Positions 39,824 to 49,485 of a stretch of 64,000 bases of DNA are shown one piece after another; within the stretch, counting starts at the first letter, position 1, and every line of letters starts with the position of its first letter. Location: positions 192,001-256,000 of the forward strand of contig CAVPLU010000004.1 of assembly GCA_963706285.1 (NCBI GenBank). The letters run 5' to 3'. Source of the DNA: Candidatus Bathyarchaeota archaeon. Lineage in GTDB: Archaea; Thermoproteota; Bathyarchaeia; 40CM-2-53-6. The position numbers and the translations under genes are program-made. The notes beneath the pieces were generated by a model that searched no databases, was not told the origin of the DNA, and saw nothing but the letters and a program-made list of their open reading frames with translations.

Positions 39824-41478
39824 TTGGTCGTGTGTTCCGTGTCGTATGTGGCGATCTCCGGCCAAGTAGCCGAGAAGTTGGTTAGGGAGGCGAGAGATCA
39901 TCCAGAAGAGCAGGTCGTCGGTGTGTTGCTCGGCGGACAGTTCGGCAGCACCATTTCCATTGAAGATGCAGCGACAGGACCTGCCAACGCGGACGCCACA
40001 AAGGCAACGCTGACCGGGGATTCGATCGCAAGAATAGCGGATGACATAATCAATAAGAGAATAAGAGGAAGTATCGTTGGTTGGTATCATTCTCATGTTC
40101 GCGGTGGCGTCTTCATGTCCGAGACGGACGTGGAAACGCAGCTCAAACTTCAACAGTTTTCTCCTCTGGTGACAGCAATGGTGATTGACACGCAAACAGG
40201 AACATCAGGATTCTTCAGGGCTGACCCGAAGACGCGAGAGGCGGTGTCTGTGCCTTCGCAGAACGCAAGGGCCGAAGTTCATCGCCCGGATCCGCATCCT
40301 ACTATGCGCCTGAGCGAGCGACGTACCCGCAATATCCGACGCCCATGACCCAGGGCCCGTCAACTCGTACACTGTTGCTGGCACTTCTGATTATCACATT
40401 GGCCGTAACAGGAGGCATCCTGGCGCTGGTATACTACCGCAACCCAACAGTCTCCGGTGGCAGTGGTAATCTCGCGATAACTCATGCTCCACCTAGCGGG
40501 CCATTCACGATCGGGAGCCCTATAACGATCGATGCAAACGTCACCGGCTCTAAACCTACTGAACGTCACGTTGGCCTACAAGATAATCGAAGCAGCTCCC
40601 AACTCCCAGGGCGGATTGATCATTGGAAACTTGGTTCAAGTGCCCATGCTTCCGAGATCCGCAGGAGTGCACGAACCACCTGCACGTATTCGTACACTTT
40701 GCCGTCGTCTGAAATATCCGGAGTCTATGTTCAGTACTACATTTCCGCCTTCGACACTGCTTCCCCGCCTAATATTGTTCGCACTGATATCTACACTCTC
40801 AATGTGGGAGATTTCAGTTGGCGTGATGACACGACCGAGGTAGTTGCCATTCGACAAGCCCAGGCTGGCATATCACTTCCCTTGGATTCGATTAATGGCT
40901 TCAGTGACCTCATCACCATCAGAATCCTCACTCAACCGCCGCTAGGAGTTCGAATAGTTCCTATCAGCACGCAAGTTCGTCCTCCAAACGCCGCCAACCT
41001 AATAATAACCAGCACTGAAAACGCGCAGATCAGTTACAAGTACCCGATTCAAGTCGATGCCGTGTATACTGTACGCAACGTGCAGGTAATACGCTCCACA
41101 ATACTGCAGCTCACGTTGACTGACATCGACATCGCTGTCTCGCCAACCTACGCGAAGACCCAGCAATGTTATGCCTCCGATAGCTGCCTTGACTCGAATG
41201 AGTTCGCACAGTACACTGTGACGCTTACGATCTACGACGGATTTACCGCCCCGAACGGTATCCAACTGTTCCCAAGTGGTCTTCCGGATCATACTCGCTA
41301 CGAGATTCTGTTGGTCAGTCAGAAGATTGGCACGGACGAAACGCAGACATTAACTTACTCTCTCATAGTTCGCGCTGATACAGATTCCACTGTGAACAGG
41401 TACCTCTTTTCAATGATAGTCAGGGCCGGAAGTATCACACACAGTGTGGACAACATACAGTTTGAGATCGTGGACTGA
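39824..41478 (+). CDS. JAMM/MPN (Rpn11-like) domain + linker + TM helix + Ig-like ectodomain; probably one gene split near 40278 (alternatively two coupled genes)
   Basis: GWYHSHVRGGVFMSETD and AMVID; the alternative frame from about 40279 reads SSPGSASYYAPERATYPQYPTPMTQGPSTR straight into the TM helix; further compensating shift about 40555-40680; many N-x-S/T sequons after the TM. Confidence 0.78.
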
Positions 41479-41519
41479 TTGACGCAGACTTGATCGCTTG
41501 CTGGAGGTGAAAGAAGCAC

Positions 41520-41771
41520 TTGAAACTCTTCGTTCAGGCACCTATTGGGCCGCAGACAGGGCTGGCTGAGATTGATGTTATACCGGATCATACAGTCGGA
41601 GAGATCAAGCAGCAGGTATGCACCTCGTTCGGAGTTGACCCTGCTACGGTCGCGTTGATGTACGGCGGCATCATACTTGACGAGTCCAGCACAGTCAGCA
41701 GAGCCGGGATCCCTGAGAATGCCCAACTCGCACTGATGCCCTACAATATCATCGGTGGCAACGGAAGGTGA
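41520..41771 (+). CDS. Ubiquitin-like modifier precursor (ends GG-NGR)
   Basis: 83 aa, TVGEIKQQV...LMYGGIILDESSTVSRAGI ubiquitin-fold pattern, di-Gly plus 3-residue extension; GGAGGTGA SD. Confidence 0.88.
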   Translation: MKLFVQAPIGPQTGLAEIDVIPDHTVGEIKQQVCTSFGVDPATVALMYGGIILDESSTVSRAGIPENAQLALMPYNIIGGNGR

Positions 41772-42361
41772 ACCTTCCGCTTCTCTACAAGGAGAAGAAT
41801 TTCACAAACCACCAATTCCCAACGGTAATGGCTCTCAATGATCCGCCCACGGCATACGAGGGTATGCTCAGGTGCGAGAAGGGAGAAGTGAAGACTCTCG
41901 CCGAGAAGAAGATCTGGCCCTTCACCGAGTATGCGGACTGGAACAGGTTCAGGCTAGAACTTCCGGACGAGTACCCCGTGAAGCCTCCCAAAGCGATTTG
42001 GCTCTCCGACATCTCCCACCCAAACATAGTCCCCAAGGTCATGAATGCCGTCTGCGTCTCTATCATCGGCGAGAACTGGCGTCCCGACCTGAAGCTTGTC
42101 TCTGTAGTGAACGCTCTTTACTACCTCCTGTCTGATCCAAACCCTGACAACGTATTCGACCACCCCGATTGCCTCAAGGCTGCAAACGTCTGCAGATCAT
42201 ACGGATTTCCAAAAATGACAAAGCGAAAGACCGCGACACAGCAGGGCGATCTTGTTCGATTCAACATCGTTCCTGTACCTCAAACGCGGCCAAGAGAGCC
42301 TGCACCGACGGGAGATGTGATACGATTTCGAATCCTTGACAGGGAGCGAAAGGAACATTAG
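41768..42361 (+). CDS. E2 ubiquitin-conjugating enzyme
   Basis: FRLELPDEYPVKPPKA, HPNI, catalytic AVCVSII, NWRP, LLSDPNPD; GTGA overlap with the Ub gene. Confidence 0.92.
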   Translation: MNLPLLYKEKNFTNHQFPTVMALNDPPTAYEGMLRCEKGEVKTLAEKKIWPFTEYADWNRFRLELPDEYPVKPPKAIWLSDISHPNIVPKVMNAVCVSIIGENWRPDLKLVSVVNALYYLLSDPNPDNVFDHPDCLKAANVCRSYGFPKMTKRKTATQQGDLVRFNIVPVPQTRPREPAPTGDVIRFRILDRERKEH

Positions 42362-43618
42362 TTGAAAGTAAAGCTCTCGATGCCGTCTGTTCGAGACATA
42401 GAACTTGACGTTCCTTCAACAGCAACGATCAGTCACCTAAAGGAAAAGGCATGCAAGAAGTTAGGAATCGAGTCTGACCTGACAAGCATCCTATGTGATG
42501 GTGCTCGGATTGATGGGAAGCGAAGCGTCGGCAGCCTCCATCTCAAGCAGAAGCTCCTGACAGTCGACTATCTCTGGGCTCGTCATCTAATACTTTGGGG
42601 GCCGGATGGGCAGAAACGACTGAGAGGTGCAACTGTACTTGTCGCTGGTGCGGGAGCGATTGGTAATGAGGTTGCGAAGAACCTTGCAATGCTCGGCGTC
42701 AAGCGCCTACTGATCATCGATAACGATACCGTCGAACTTTCGAACACGAGCCGAATGATCTTCTTCGATCGCAAGAGCCTGGGCTTGAACAAGGCGGAAA
42801 TGCTCGCCAGAGGAATCACCCAGAAGTTCCCCTATGTTGAGGCAATTGCATGGACCGGTGCACTCGAAGACCTCCCACTCGAACACATCCTAAGTGCCGA
42901 CGTGATCGTGTGCGGTCTAGACAACGTACTCTCCAGGATATACCTAGCACAAGTTTCCAGAAGGTACTCCATACCAATGGTAGACGGAGGCATCGTTGGG
43001 TATCGCGGACGTGTCCAAGTCTACGTTCCCCCAGACACGCCATGCCCGCTGTGCACATACCCATCCTCCGAATACGGCCGCATTGCAGGGCTCAGGAACC
43101 CCTGCGATGGGCCAGCTGAAGAAACGAAGGTCCCATCTCTTCCGACGACGATCTCGTTGGTTTCTTCGATCCAATGCCAAGAGGCGACCAAACTGATCGT
43201 TGGTTACCAAAGCTACTTGAGAACTGCGATTTGGCCGAAAGAGACCGGAGAACCGCTCAGGGGCGTGCTGATGATCGACTTGCAGTACAATCGTTACAGC
43301 CTGATGGAGATCAAGCGGAATAAGAGCTGCGTTGTGTGCGGGGAAAACGGGCTGGCCGAGAAGCCTGTGCCAGTGCTGACGATCCCGATAGGAGAAATTC
43401 GCGACTCAACCTCCAGACTGCATCAGATGGTTGCTAGCAGAATGAAACTGACAGCACAGCAAGTTATGTTGTTCTTGCAGCGTCAGAACAAGACAGTGCG
43501 AGTCGAGAAAGGGCAGTCTCTTCGGCGGGCACGCATCGGTGTGGGGAGCGTCATCACCGCGGTCGCACAAGATGGACCCGACTACAGTGAAGCTGTGGTC
43601 AGGCTCACAAAGCCCTAA
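42362..43618 (+). CDS. E1 ubiquitin-activating enzyme with N-terminal Ubl domain and C-terminal UFD-like domain
   Basis: GAGAIGNEVAKNL, DNDTVELSNTSR, GLDN, zinc pairs CPLC and CVVC, candidate catalytic Cys in RNPCD; start directly abuts the E2 stop. Confidence 0.9.
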   Translation: MKVKLSMPSVRDIELDVPSTATISHLKEKACKKLGIESDLTSILCDGARIDGKRSVGSLHLKQKLLTVDYLWARHLILWGPDGQKRLRGATVLVAGAGAIGNEVAKNLAMLGVKRLLIIDNDTVELSNTSRMIFFDRKSLGLNKAEMLARGITQKFPYVEAIAWTGALEDLPLEHILSADVIVCGLDNVLSRIYLAQVSRRYSIPMVDGGIVGYRGRVQVYVPPDTPCPLCTYPSSEYGRIAGLRNPCDGPAEETKVPSLPTTISLVSSIQCQEATKLIVGYQSYLRTAIWPKETGEPLRGVLMIDLQYNRYSLMEIKRNKSCVVCGENGLAEKPVPVLTIPIGEIRDSTSRLHQMVASRMKLTAQQVMLFLQRQNKTVRVEKGQSLRRARIGVGSVITAVAQDGPDYSEAVVRLTKP

Positions 43619-43728
43619 GCCTAGGGCACATAGATGAGGTAGTCGCATTGGAGCGTCCATGGATGATGGCTATCAAACGTAGCAATGGTTATTACATGTC
43701 TGAGGCGGTATCAGATTAGGTCTGGGTC

Positions 43729-44109
43729 ATGCGACAGTGTTTATCCTGTGGAAGTAGAAACTCCGATGACGCAGCCTTCTGTAGCATGTGTGGGCTCTCC
43801 TTTGCTGGAAGCCAACCGCAGCAGTATATGCAACCAGTCGGAGCGGCGATGAAACCCGTTCCAATTGTGAAAACGATCACCCCATTGGCGCAGGCAGGCC
43901 CGCAGCAGTGGCCAGTTCCAATGGCTCGGCCGCAGATGACGATCGGATCCTGCTCTTTTCACCCTGAGCTTCCGGCATCGTACATTTGCCTTCGATGCGG
44001 CAAGCAGATATGCTTCTCCTGCACGAAAACCTACGGTCAGCTGGCGATATGCCCTGAGTGCTACTGGGCACTTGCACCACGTACAGGCACAGCGCAGCCG
44101 GGACGCTGA
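43729..44109 (+). CDS. Soluble zinc-ribbon + B-box-like protein, paralog of 38927-39781
   Basis: CLSCG...FCSMCG; CSFHP...CLRCGKQICFSC...CPEC; shared MKPVP linker motif. Confidence 0.85.
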   Translation: MRQCLSCGSRNSDDAAFCSMCGLSFAGSQPQQYMQPVGAAMKPVPIVKTITPLAQAGPQQWPVPMARPQMTIGSCSFHPELPASYICLRCGKQICFSCTKTYGQLAICPECYWALAPRTGTAQPGR

Positions 44110-44120
44110 AACGATCTTTC

Positions 44121-45727
44121 CTACGCGAGGAGCCCTTTCCTCTTCAGTCGCTCCGTGGATAGCTTGACCTCATTCACGGACAACCCAAGATCCTTCGAAG
44201 CTTGGCTAAGTGATATCTCACCATTTCGTTTCGCGATATATTGGTAGACTCGGTTATCCAGCTCCTCAAAGCCAACGGCGGCTGATGCCTGACCTCGCTT
44301 CCGGGCTCCAGCAACCGCGGTCCTGCGTCGTCTGACACCGGAGCTAAGCGATGAGCCCAGCCTTGCAAAAGATCTCGGGCGCTTCGCAATTATGAATATG
44401 ACAGCAGTGACGATTGTTGCTGCAGCGCCCAAAGAGACAATGAAGATCCACAAGGGTGCATAGTCTGTGACCCACTGTGCCTCTACTATGTAGGGTCGAT
44501 CCATCGTGACCTCATTTTCACCCGGTGGGACAGCGCTAATCACGTTCGAGGAATTGAGGCGCCAGCCAGCGAGCGTATGTTTCACTAATAGTTCTGACCC
44601 GCTGTAAGTCACATCAAACCTTGCTTTTTCCCCATCAAGATACCAGCCAGTACCTGTCGGTTCCCCAAATGAGGACGTTACCAGAAGGTAGTACTGTGTT
44701 TGATAGATCAACCGTACGTTGTGCGGTTTGTTCATCACAAGCTCCGCCGATGTTCCTGGCTGAGTCATGCCATCGATATTCCATGAAAGCCAGACAAATC
44801 GTTGAACCGAGCTTCCCGGGATTGAGATTATTTGAGGAACAGGTCCAAGAGAAGCAGTCTGGCCAGCATCGTACCAGGTGCTGTTAGGGGCTGAGATTTT
44901 CTGAGCAATGTCTGGTGGATCGTAAGTGACGTCCAATTTGTATTGTGTCTTGTATCTTGCAGTCACTGACTTGGGTCCATCCATGCGAGCAGACCCGTGG
45001 GAATCGGTACCTGTGTAGTCTCCTACCCATTGAACAAAGACCTGTCGAGTATCGGTTCCATTTGTTCCTTTAGGTGCAAGGAAATCTGCCGTAGATCCAG
45101 CGTCGAGCCAGAGAGTTGAGGGCGAGAAAAGTCCGACCGGATCATACGATATTCGAAGGATATACTGTGTCTTCCAGGTGGCAACGGCTTTCTTCGGACC
45201 ATTCATGACTATCGAGTCGGAGATTATTCCCTGCCCCGAGGCATCCTGTCCCCACTTGACAAACAGATATCTCACTCCTTCGGATCCGCTTGTCATGTTC
45301 GTGTCCAACCTGGCTTGAGCAGTTGTTCCCCCGTCGTACCAATCACTTCTAGACGGCGCTCCGTACTGAGAGACGACTTCGAGGTAGTATTGTGCCTTGT
45401 AGGTGAATGTGTGGGTGCCAGCTCCCGTGAAGGACCAGAGGTTGTCTCTGCATTGATACCTGGTTCCGTTGGCCCCGCCCACGTTTAGGTCGACGCTGAG
45501 CGTGTGCGCACCGCCAGGAGAGATGCTTAGGGTCTTCGTGTCGCCTGTTGCAATCGTTCCGTTTAGTATGCCGTCCAGGTAATATTGAGTTCTTGCTCCG
45601 CTGGAAGCCCTACCACTGTGAAGGAGACGGAGTACGCTTGAGCCTTCACGAGTGTCGGTGCGGTGACGAGAGAAATGAGGATCAGTGCGTCAAGTGCCAA
45701 GATGGCCAATCTAGTCCTCGACAACAT
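44121..45727 (-). CDS. Surface protein with about 4 divergent InlB-B-like repeats, TM helix and cytoplasmic winged helix; frameshift near 45600
   Basis: Signal peptide from ATG 45727 (MLSRTRLAILALDALILISLV), repeated QYxLxV...WYDxGxxA units, TM, C-terminal LDNRVYQYIAKRNGEISLSQASKDLGLSVNEVKLSTERLKRKGLL. Confidence 0.8.
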
Positions 45728-45939
45728 GAAGGGTGGGCCTCCGCCACCCGTTTAGCATGTGTCTAGGCCTAAAATGTATTACACTCTCGGATCTGCCTTA
45801 TCGTGCCAAAACAGCAAGCCGGTAATCAATCTCTATGTCAGATTGACTGCGCCGATATGGAGGATGCGAAGCCTGACGATACGATTTGCCAAGCCCATGA
45901 GCGCAATCGTCATAACTAATTCGGCCCACTCACTGAGAT

Positions 45940-46245
45940 ATGGCTTCCACTCCGTACACGCGAGGCAGAAGTAGAGAATACCAAGTGCTGAAGAAACTGA
46001 GACGCGAAGGGTGGTACTGCAGCAGGAGCGCAGCATCTCACGGCCCCGTGGACGTCTTCGCTGGGAAGAACGGACTCGTCCGCATGATTCAAGTGAAGAG
46101 CGGGCAAGCCAGACTGAGGCCTGGAGACAGGGAGACCCTCAAGCTTTGGGCACAAGCTTACGCCGGAGTAGCTGAGGTCTGGTATTTTGGCAAGCGCGCA
46201 GGCACAAAAATAGAAGTGATTCTCGACGCAAGAACACGACTCTAA
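45940..46245 (+). CDS. hjc: Hjc-like Holliday junction resolvase (PD-(D/E)xK)
   Basis: RGRSREY, RSAAS, PVDVFA, IQVKS. Confidence 0.75.
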   Translation: MASTPYTRGRSREYQVLKKLRREGWYCSRSAASHGPVDVFAGKNGLVRMIQVKSGQARLRPGDRETLKLWAQAYAGVAEVWYFGKRAGTKIEVILDARTRL

Positions 46246-46254
46246 CAACCTCAC

Positions 46255-47099
46255 TCACATATGAACGTCCAAGCAGACCTGGTAGCGACAAGGGCCAACA
46301 CTTCTGACCACATGTGATTCTATGTTGCCCTCCCCTGCACCTATCTGTCTGAAACACAGGACTCAACTTCGACAAAGCCTGCATGCTTGCCGCTGATCTA
46401 CGATTTGAGTCGATGAACACATAGCAGTGGACTACCCCGCAACCATTCTTCAATGCACTTTTCGCGGTCGGAAGAGACTGCAATGCCAATTCAGGCAACG
46501 GCAGCAGGACTCGATCAGCGCATCCGTTGAGAGAAAGAGGACACTAGCTGGTTCGCGTCTCCGCAGATCACATCTATTCTATCTCGTACTCGGTTGAGCA
46601 CGTTGTTCATGGCATGATAGCGAACGGCCGCTGGGTTGATGTCGAGGGAATAGACTCTTGAGGGGTGTGAGTGCTTCGCGATCATTATTGAGAAAGATCC
46701 CACTCCAGCGAAGAAATTTACAACACATTCTCCCTGAGAAACCAGGTCAGCAATTCGCTTTCGTTCATGACTGAGCCTCGGTGAGAAATACATCGTCTCT
46801 AGATCGACTCGGTATTGGCAGCCATGCTCGCGGTGTAGAGTCTCGGTCCGTTGCTCACCCGCCAACCATTCAAGCTTCCGGGTTCGAAACTGCGAACTAA
46901 CCGGACCCGTCTGTCCCAAGACGACTCTGAGGTTAGGTGCGAGATCAAGTAGGCTCTCCGCAATTTGGTGCTTTTCATGCTGAAATTCGTCGGGAAGCTT
47001 CAGGATCGCTATGTCTCCAACTATGTCAACACCTTTCTTGAGACGAGAAAGCTGTCCCATGTCAAGGAATTTCTTTGTAGATTTCGTGAGTAGCCTCAA
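46255..47099 (-). CDS. trm5: Trm5/Tyw2 family tRNA position-37 SAM-dependent transferase; frameshifted
   Basis: DIVGDIAIL, HREHGC, YFSPRLSHER, FAGVGSF, DINP, then VRSVGP...QVCLD-stop in shifted frames. Confidence 0.85.
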
Positions 47100-47135
47100 T
47101 GTCGAACGCCACCGATCACCATTGAGGCTTCAGTC

Positions 47136-48152
47136 TCACAATTTGTCAAGCGAGAGATCTAGCGTAGATGAATCTCGTGCGAGAAGAACGACCCTGCTTA
47201 CCGTGTCCTCGGCGACATACTCGTATCCCGTGATTCTCGCAATTCGGTTTGCGAATTCTCTGATCTCGGAGTGATATGGCATTGCGGTGATCGGTAGTCG
47301 TTGCTTCGATTCTCCTAGCCAACTGTATCCCTTGAGCTCGACGATATCCACTGCTCCCTCTGCTACAAGTTTCGAGTACTTCTCTGGGCCGTTCATGTTC
47401 TCCCCCTTTACGAGTGTGAGCCTCAAGATTGTTCGGGATCGCTCGAAGCGACGCATCAATCGAAGGCTCGTCAGAACTCTCTGCCACGCGTCGGAAATTA
47501 TTGGGTGTGTCACGCTTTCGTACGTTTGACTATCTGGCCCACACAAGCTCAAGTACAGGTTCGTAGGCTCCGTCTTGCGTTCTGCAATCTCTTCAAGTCT
47601 TTCAGGCATGGTGCCGTTGGTTACTAGGAAAGATGTCATTCCCTTTCGATCGATCTCGCGGATGAGCGACCCGATGTGTGGGTAGAGAGTTGGTTCCCCA
47701 TCGAGAGAGATTGCGACGTGCTTAGGGTTCATCGATTCTTCGAACAGTTTCCCCGTTACATGTGGATTTGCTTTGAAGCCAGAGAGGAGTTTCCGCTGTG
47801 CCATAATGGCTTCATCCAGAATCAAATCGGGAGGATCCCAAGCTTGTTCCGAGTTGAATCGTTCACCTGTGTGGAAGCGCCAACAGAAGATGCAACGTAG
47901 GTTACAGAACTGCAGTGAAGGAGTAAGCTGCAGGCACATGTGACTCTGGATACCATACCATCTCTTGTAGCATAGTCTGCGTCCCATGAGTGCAGAACGT
48001 GCCCATCTGCAGATCTGAATGCCTGAGTGTCTTCCCACAAGCCTGTAACCTGCTCTGAGGTATCTTCGTACCGTGACCGGCCTGAAGCTCGACGGCGTCT
48101 GGCTGAGCGGAGATCTCGGCATCATTCTGGTTTGGGCCTCCGCATCGAGCAA
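47136..48152 (-). CDS. taw1: 4-demethylwyosine synthase (radical SAM)
   Basis: CYKRWYGIQSHMCLQLTP, CNLRCIFCWR, AISLDGEPTLY, FLVTNG, ELKGY, SRVVLL. Confidence 0.93.
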   Translation of the reverse strand: MLDAEAQTRMMPRSPLSQTPSSFRPVTVRRYLRAGYRLVGRHSGIQICRWARSALMGRRLCYKRWYGIQSHMCLQLTPSLQFCNLRCIFCWRFHTGERFNSEQAWDPPDLILDEAIMAQRKLLSGFKANPHVTGKLFEESMNPKHVAISLDGEPTLYPHIGSLIREIDRKGMTSFLVTNGTMPERLEEIAERKTEPTNLYLSLCGPDSQTYESVTHPIISDAWQRVLTSLRLMRRFERSRTILRLTLVKGENMNGPEKYSKLVAEGAVDIVELKGYSWLGESKQRLPITAMPYHSEIREFANRIARITGYEYVAEDTVSRVVLLARDSSTLDLSLDKL

Positions 48153-48205
48153 GAATCTGCCGACCGCTTGACCGTTTTGAGTATGGCGAATTTGCCTCTT
48201 GATCT

Positions 48206-49348
48206 CTAACGATATGGGATGAATTCTCTGCCCAAGAGTTCTCTCGCGACGATCATCTTCATGATGTCTGATGTGCCGTCGCCGATCATAGATCCTCTGA
48301 TCTCTCTCAAACGGTATTCGTCAAGAGTCTCTGTTGTAAAGCCCACTGCTCCACGATTCTGTATACAGTCATTCACAACGTTGAATGCTACCTGCGGCAC
48401 CCAGAACTTTATCATGGCAGACTCTCTTGTGAATGGTTGATTCTTGTCCTTCAACCAGAATGTTCTGTAGCAGAGGAGCCTGGCTGCCTGAAGTGTCGTG
48501 TAGTCTTCGGCGATCCGAAATTGAACCGATTCAAACTTACCAATGGGGCTTCCGAAGGCTTTCCTTTGCTTCACGTATTCCATGGATTCCTCAAGCGCTG
48601 CCTCAGCCATTCCGACCGTCCAAAGCGCAATGTATGCACGCATAAGGTCGAAAGTTTCCATGACATAGTAGAAGCCCTTGTTTTCTTCTCCGATCAGGTT
48701 GCCCGCGGGCACGACCACGTCCTTGAGTACAAATCCCCCGAACGAGAACAACCTCCACCCAAGCGCGTCAAACAGATACTTCTCGAGACCCGCGCGATCA
48801 GTCTCGACGAGAAACATGCTGACTCCCTTGGCATCGTTCTTCTGCCCTGTTCTAGCCATGAGACAATACGCGGCGCACTCGTTGATGCCGGTGATACACT
48901 GCTTCTCCCCGTTGATCACATATTCACCGCCCTTCTTCACAGCGCGGGTTGAGATCGATCCCGCGTCCGAGCCCACACCAGGCTCTGTTGAGGCGATGCC
49001 GAGCATCTTCTCGCCGGTCGCGAGTGAACGCAACCACTTCTCCTTCAGCTGCTGCGATCCATGCAAGTAGAGTATCTCAGCCATGATGTCGCCTAGCGGT
49101 ATCTGCCAACCTGCTCGAGCGAGCTCTTCAACCGCGATCGCCATAGTCGTCGCATCGGATTCTTGACCACCATATTCCTTGGGCAATCTCAGACCAAGCA
49201 AGCCGGCCTTTCCCATTTTGCGGTAGATGTCCCATGGAAACTGGCCTTTTCGTTCGTACTCCCGAATCTTCGGAGCAACCTCTTTCTGCGCGAATTCCCG
49301 GACGGTACGTCCAAAGAGTTCCTGCTCTTCAGTGAAACTGAAATCCAA
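48206..49348 (-). CDS. Acyl-CoA dehydrogenase
   Basis: TEPGVGSDA, NGEKQCIT, RKAFGSPI, IGDGTSDIMK. Confidence 0.93.
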   Translation of the reverse strand: MDFSFTEEQELFGRTVREFAQKEVAPKIREYERKGQFPWDIYRKMGKAGLLGLRLPKEYGGQESDATTMAIAVEELARAGWQIPLGDIMAEILYLHGSQQLKEKWLRSLATGEKMLGIASTEPGVGSDAGSISTRAVKKGGEYVINGEKQCITGINECAAYCLMARTGQKNDAKGVSMFLVETDRAGLEKYLFDALGWRLFSFGGFVLKDVVVPAGNLIGEENKGFYYVMETFDLMRAYIALWTVGMAEAALEESMEYVKQRKAFGSPIGKFESVQFRIAEDYTTLQAARLLCYRTFWLKDKNQPFTRESAMIKFWVPQVAFNVVNDCIQNRGAVGFTTETLDEYRLREIRGSMIGDGTSDIMKMIVARELLGREFIPYR

Positions 49349-49485
49349 TTTCGTCTACCCCACCAAAGACGACAATTGAGCTACCTATGCACCGCTGATA
49401 AGCCTGCCCTTGAATTCCCTCGTCCGTCAAGTATCTCTAGCCGAAGAGTACCCCCAGAAGCTATCTTTTGTCGCTGAGACAGTGA

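Noticed and set aside
41520-43618. ThiS/MoaD-ThiF sulfur-carrier or SAMP system
   Set aside because: A bona fide E2, a propeptide after GG and a UFD-bearing E1 indicate ubiquitin-type conjugation; no cofactor-biosynthesis genes are adjacent.
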